From the NCBI GenBank assembly GCA_029564765.1, contig JAKQPK010000060.1:1-49496 (forward strand): a stretch of DNA of 49,496 nt, read 5' to 3'. The stretch comes from Candidatus Omnitrophota bacterium (GTDB taxonomy: Bacteria > Omnitrophota > Gorgyraeia > Zapsychrales > Aceulaceae). Positions 44,535 to 49,496 of the stretch are shown piece by piece. The notes under the pieces are model-generated. The model had not been told where the DNA came from. It did not search any database and was given only the letters and a program-made list of their open reading frames with translations. The stretch's first letter is position 1. Every line of letters begins with the position of its first letter. The translations under genes and the position numbers were made by a program.

Positions 44535-44545
44535 AAAACCTCTCG

Positions 44546-46771
44546 TTATTTTTTATTGGAAATTGATTGCATTTTCTGGCTGACGAGCTGAGCCAGCTTG
44601 TTGCGATCAGCACTGGAAATATCTAGAAAATAGGCTACAACATGGTAGCGCTCAACATCTTTTTCTTTCTCGACACGACAGACTTTAGCCAAACACTCCA
44701 GGGATTCTTTTTTCTGATCATCAAAGTAAATACGGATCTCGATTACCGACCCTACCGGCAAAGGCTTCTCGGAATCGATCACAACCCCACCCGCGCTAAT
44801 ATTGCGCGTTGTGGTCGCGTATTCGATATCCTTGGCATGCACGACCAAAACATCGGGATCGCTTTGAAAAATACGATATAGAACATTGAGCTTCTGATCT
44901 ACGCGTGGATACACCCGCCCATCTTGCTTCTTGTCATCTAACTCTGATCTTGAGATAAGGCGCACCGTATTTTTCTGAAAAGATGTTGGCGCCTTGGCAG
45001 ATATCGGGGGCTTCATTGGAAGAACCGCTTGTTCCAGCGACTTTACCGCTGGAACCTGCTCCCTTGATGTCACGTTCATCACTTCCTCGGGGGTAGTAAT
45101 ACCTTGCAAGACTCGACGCCAACCATCCTGGCGCAACGTACGCATGCCGTTGGCAACGGCGATTTTTTTAATGGTCTCAGCATGAACCCCTTGAAAGACA
45201 GCATGACGGATGTCATCGTTCATGACCAATATCTCATAAATAGCAGTCCGTCCATAGTACCCTGTACCGTTGCAACGGTCGCACCCTTTTCCCTGAAAAG
45301 CCCGAATACGGCTTAAATTGTCGATCGCAAGATCAGCAGCGATCTCCTCTTTTAGCTGTGGAGGACAAGGAACTTCTTCCTTGCAATTCTGACAAATAAC
45401 CCGTACGAGGCGCTGAGCGACGAAACCTTCGATACTTGAAGAGATCAAATAAGGCTCGATCTTCATTTCGATCAAGCGTGTGACCCCGCTAGGAGCATCA
45501 TTAGTGTGCAGGGTTGAAAAGACCAAATGCCCAGTTAACGCTGTGCGAATAGCAATTTCAGCGGTTTCAAGATCGCGAACCTCTCCGACCATGATAATGT
45601 CCGGGTCGTGACGCAAAACACTGCGCAATCCAGCTGCAAAGGTCAATCCAGTCTTAGGGTTAACCTGAATTTGGGTGATATTTTCCATTTCATATTCAAC
45701 TGGATCCTCAATAGTGATGATCTTTCTTTCCACAGAATTGATTTCATGCAAGCACGCATACAGCGTTGTTGTTTTTCCACTGCCAGTCGGACCTGTGACA
45801 AAAATAACACCGTGAGGTTTATGGATAAGCATCTGAAAAATATCAAGGTTGTCATTATCCAAGCCAAGGTCTTCCAACTTAAATTTCATGACCTTGGTCG
45901 GCAAGATCCTAACAACAATGCTTTCCCCTTGAGGTGTCGGGATCGTTGAAATGCGCAGGTCCAAGGTCTGTTCTTGGGTCTTGACAATGGCACTGCCGTC
46001 TTGTGGCGTGCGTTTCTCAACGATGCTCAAATTCGCCATGATCTTAATACGTGAAATGATAGCTGCGGTAAAATGCTTAACATCAGCCGGCAGCTGGGCA
46101 TCAACCAATGCCCCATCGATACGATAACGAAACCTCACCTTGTCACGATACGGTTCAATATGAATATCCGTAGCTCTCTTGCGATAGGCTTCCAGAATGA
46201 TCTGGTTAACAAGTTTTGCGACAGACGCATCTGTCCCTTTTTGATCGATTTCCTCAACACGATGGTCATGGGTATCATCGTCTGAAACTTTACGCTGAGG
46301 CTCCTTGGTCAGGATGCGGTCAATCATGTCTGCAGCAAAACCATAATATTTCTTTAACGCATCCAAGATATCCTTCTCGCAGGTCAAAAGGACCTTGGGT
46401 TGTAATCCCAAATGAAGCCTGATCTCATCCTGAAGCTTAACATCTAAGGGCGCTGAAACGGCGATCATCATGATCTTCCCATCAAAACGGACTGGCATAA
46501 AACGATAATACCAGGCAAACTTGACGGGAATCCGGTCAATGACCGGTTGCTCGATAGACAGTGATGCGAGATCGACAGTCTCGATCTTATAAGTTTTTTG
46601 CAGCGCGCCCAGAATCTGCTGCTTGGTCACAAGCCCATTGCGCATTAGATAAGCATCCAACCCTTCATCCGAGGCCTGAACCACCTTAAGGAACTCTTGG
46701 AGCCTTTCTTTCGTTATGGCACCAGCATAAACAAGGGCTTCAAATAAGATTTTATCTGAGGGTTTCATCAT
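44546..46771 (-). CDS. gspE: GspE/PilB ATPase with C-terminal PilZ domain
   Basis: ATDIHIEP, GPTGSGKTT, LRHDPD and a CxxC...CxxC motif; C-terminal RVYPR and NISAGG. Confidence 0.92.
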   Translation of the reverse strand: MMKPSDKILFEALVYAGAITKERLQEFLKVVQASDEGLDAYLMRNGLVTKQQILGALQKTYKIETVDLASLSIEQPVIDRIPVKFAWYYRFMPVRFDGKIMMIAVSAPLDVKLQDEIRLHLGLQPKVLLTCEKDILDALKKYYGFAADMIDRILTKEPQRKVSDDDTHDHRVEEIDQKGTDASVAKLVNQIILEAYRKRATDIHIEPYRDKVRFRYRIDGALVDAQLPADVKHFTAAIISRIKIMANLSIVEKRTPQDGSAIVKTQEQTLDLRISTIPTPQGESIVVRILPTKVMKFKLEDLGLDNDNLDIFQMLIHKPHGVIFVTGPTGSGKTTTLYACLHEINSVERKIITIEDPVEYEMENITQIQVNPKTGLTFAAGLRSVLRHDPDIIMVGEVRDLETAEIAIRTALTGHLVFSTLHTNDAPSGVTRLIEMKIEPYLISSSIEGFVAQRLVRVICQNCKEEVPCPPQLKEEIAADLAIDNLSRIRAFQGKGCDRCNGTGYYGRTAIYEILVMNDDIRHAVFQGVHAETIKKIAVANGMRTLRQDGWRRVLQGITTPEEVMNVTSREQVPAVKSLEQAVLPMKPPISAKAPTSFQKNTVRLISRSELDDKKQDGRVYPRVDQKLNVLYRIFQSDPDVLVVHAKDIEYATTTRNISAGGVVIDSEKPLPVGSVIEIRIYFDDQKKESLECLAKVCRVEKEKDVERYHVVAYFLDISSADRNKLAQLVSQKMQSISNKK

Positions 46772-46781
46772 TATTAGCGAA

Positions 46782-48290
<1,509 letters not shown>

Positions 48291-48297
48291 TCATCTT

Positions 48298-49161
48298 TTA
48301 ACGTTTTCCGCCGGTCATCATACGCGATGTAAAAACCTCACGCATGCTTTTATTAATATCAGATTTCTTGGCCTTATTAAATGTCATCTGAATGCCTTTT
48401 TTCTGCTTTTGCATCTTCTGAAGACTGCTTTCTAGCTGCTGGGACTGAGCAGCGGCTTCCGAGATGGTCGTATCGTGCAACATTTCATAGAGACGGCATG
48501 CAAGCCACATGGAAGAAAGCTGCTCAATGATGTCTGCAGGCTCAGATTCTTCGATCACGTGCTCGATATTATCAACGAACTCCTCCTGCTTCGTTAAAAG
48601 CTCGTCGCACGGCAACAAGTTAACCAGCCGAGGCTTTTGTACCATAAAATTCTTCGACCAGGGATAAATAACGATCGCACGCCCCATGCGGCCTTCCATG
48701 ACCTCAGAGAACAAATAATCTTTTAAGTTGATCGCAACCTGATAAAGACCCGTTTCCTGAATGTCCTCAAAAACCTTTGTTTCAAGACCCTTGGTAATGG
48801 GTGCTAATTTTGCAGCACCTTTTCTTCCGACGGGAATAACGACACAGTTTGGTGTCTTTTCTATTTCTGCAGCAGCCGCCCGAATGACCTTTGTGTTCAG
48901 ATCCCCCATAAATCCTGCTTCAGAGGTGATCACGACTAAGCCTGTTCGCGGATTGTCATTGGAAACCAATGGATGCCGAACACGCGAAAGGCTGATCATG
49001 CGAAAAAACTCGACAAAAGACTCTCCAAAACGCGCGAACCTATCTTTACGGGTCGCCAATGTATGAAATTTATTATCGGCAACGTCCTTAAGGATCTGGA
49101 TAATGGAAACCAACTCAATGATATCATCCAGATCCCCTTTGATCTTATTGGCTTTTCCCAT
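48298..49161 (-). CDS. atpG: F1 ATPase gamma subunit, divergent
   Basis: VVITSEAGFMGDLN, VGRKG and SEAAAQ...NKAKKSDINKSMREV motifs. Confidence 0.8.
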   Translation of the reverse strand: MGKANKIKGDLDDIIELVSIIQILKDVADNKFHTLATRKDRFARFGESFVEFFRMISLSRVRHPLVSNDNPRTGLVVITSEAGFMGDLNTKVIRAAAAEIEKTPNCVVIPVGRKGAAKLAPITKGLETKVFEDIQETGLYQVAINLKDYLFSEVMEGRMGRAIVIYPWSKNFMVQKPRLVNLLPCDELLTKQEEFVDNIEHVIEESEPADIIEQLSSMWLACRLYEMLHDTTISEAAAQSQQLESSLQKMQKQKKGIQMTFNKAKKSDINKSMREVFTSRMMTGGKR

Positions 49162-49173
49162 AGCATGCGACCA

Positions 49174-49496
49174 TCAGTCACGTTGCAATTGTTTTTTAAG
49201 TTTGACACCTGTCTCTTCAATGAGACTCTTTAGACTCCCATCTAGAACAAGGCTTCCAAATCTTAACGAAACGCCACCTAAGATCTTTGGGTCCGCATGA
49301 TAAACAAAAGTTAACGCTCTTTTTAACTTGTCCGCCAAAACCTGCTCCACACGCCCCTTCGCCTCTATCGACAGATCGACCGCTGTTATAATATCGATCG
49401 TGTTTACATCGGGGCTTATCTGTGAGGCGTCGATCGCCTTGAAATTCTCAACAAATTCACTTACGAGTTGATCCTTAAAAACTGCTGACGATTTCT
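49174..49496 (-). CDS. F-ATPase delta-domain (probably b-delta fusion) protein, C-terminal part (not in ORF track)
   Basis: Manual translation: ...LVSEFVENFKAID...IITAVDLS...DPKILGGVSLRFGSLVLDGSL...QRD stop. Confidence 0.75.
   Translation of the reverse strand, partial: KSSAVFKDQLVSEFVENFKAIDASQISPDVNTIDIITAVDLSIEAKGRVEQVLADKLKRALTFVYHADPKILGGVSLRFGSLVLDGSLKSLIEETGVKLKKQLQRD

Overview
Positions 1 to about 30,950 are the right-hand part of an apparently intact lambda-like (siphovirus, cos-type) prophage, mostly on the minus strand. It is inserted at a tRNA-Ser(GCT) gene by a large serine recombinase, and its left end lies outside the window. In transcription order the modules are: control (IS630-like HTH plus integrase rightward; 74-aa gene plus phage sigma factor leftward), replication (SNF2, VRR-NUC, primase-helicase), a cos-like site, two ParB-like genes and a C5 methyltransferase, terminase, an Ogr-like Zn ribbon, head and tail genes. 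The tail module ends in a Cys/His/Trp-rich repeat protein followed by a radical SAM gene that is cut by the window edge and absent from the ORF track. From about 31 kb the DNA is host chromosome: tadA, tRNA-Arg(ACG), two more tRNA-Ser genes, a CpaF-like ATPase and purU. It ends with a tightly packed run in which divergent F1 b/delta, gamma and beta genes (no alpha or epsilon in their usual places) lead into a T2SS/type IV filament cluster, a TPR protein and a PAS-HD-GYP protein; the GspE carries a PilZ domain. The gene content suggests a Candidatus Omnitrophota/PVC-like host, but this is inference only. The best novelty candidates are (i) the radical SAM plus Cys-rich tail-module protein, (ii) a cI-less switch built from a phage sigma factor, a symmetric bidirectional motif and an IS630-derived HTH, and (iii) the F1-like ATPase linked to a c-di-GMP-sensing secretion or pilus machine. 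All calls come from reading motifs by eye; no database searches were run.
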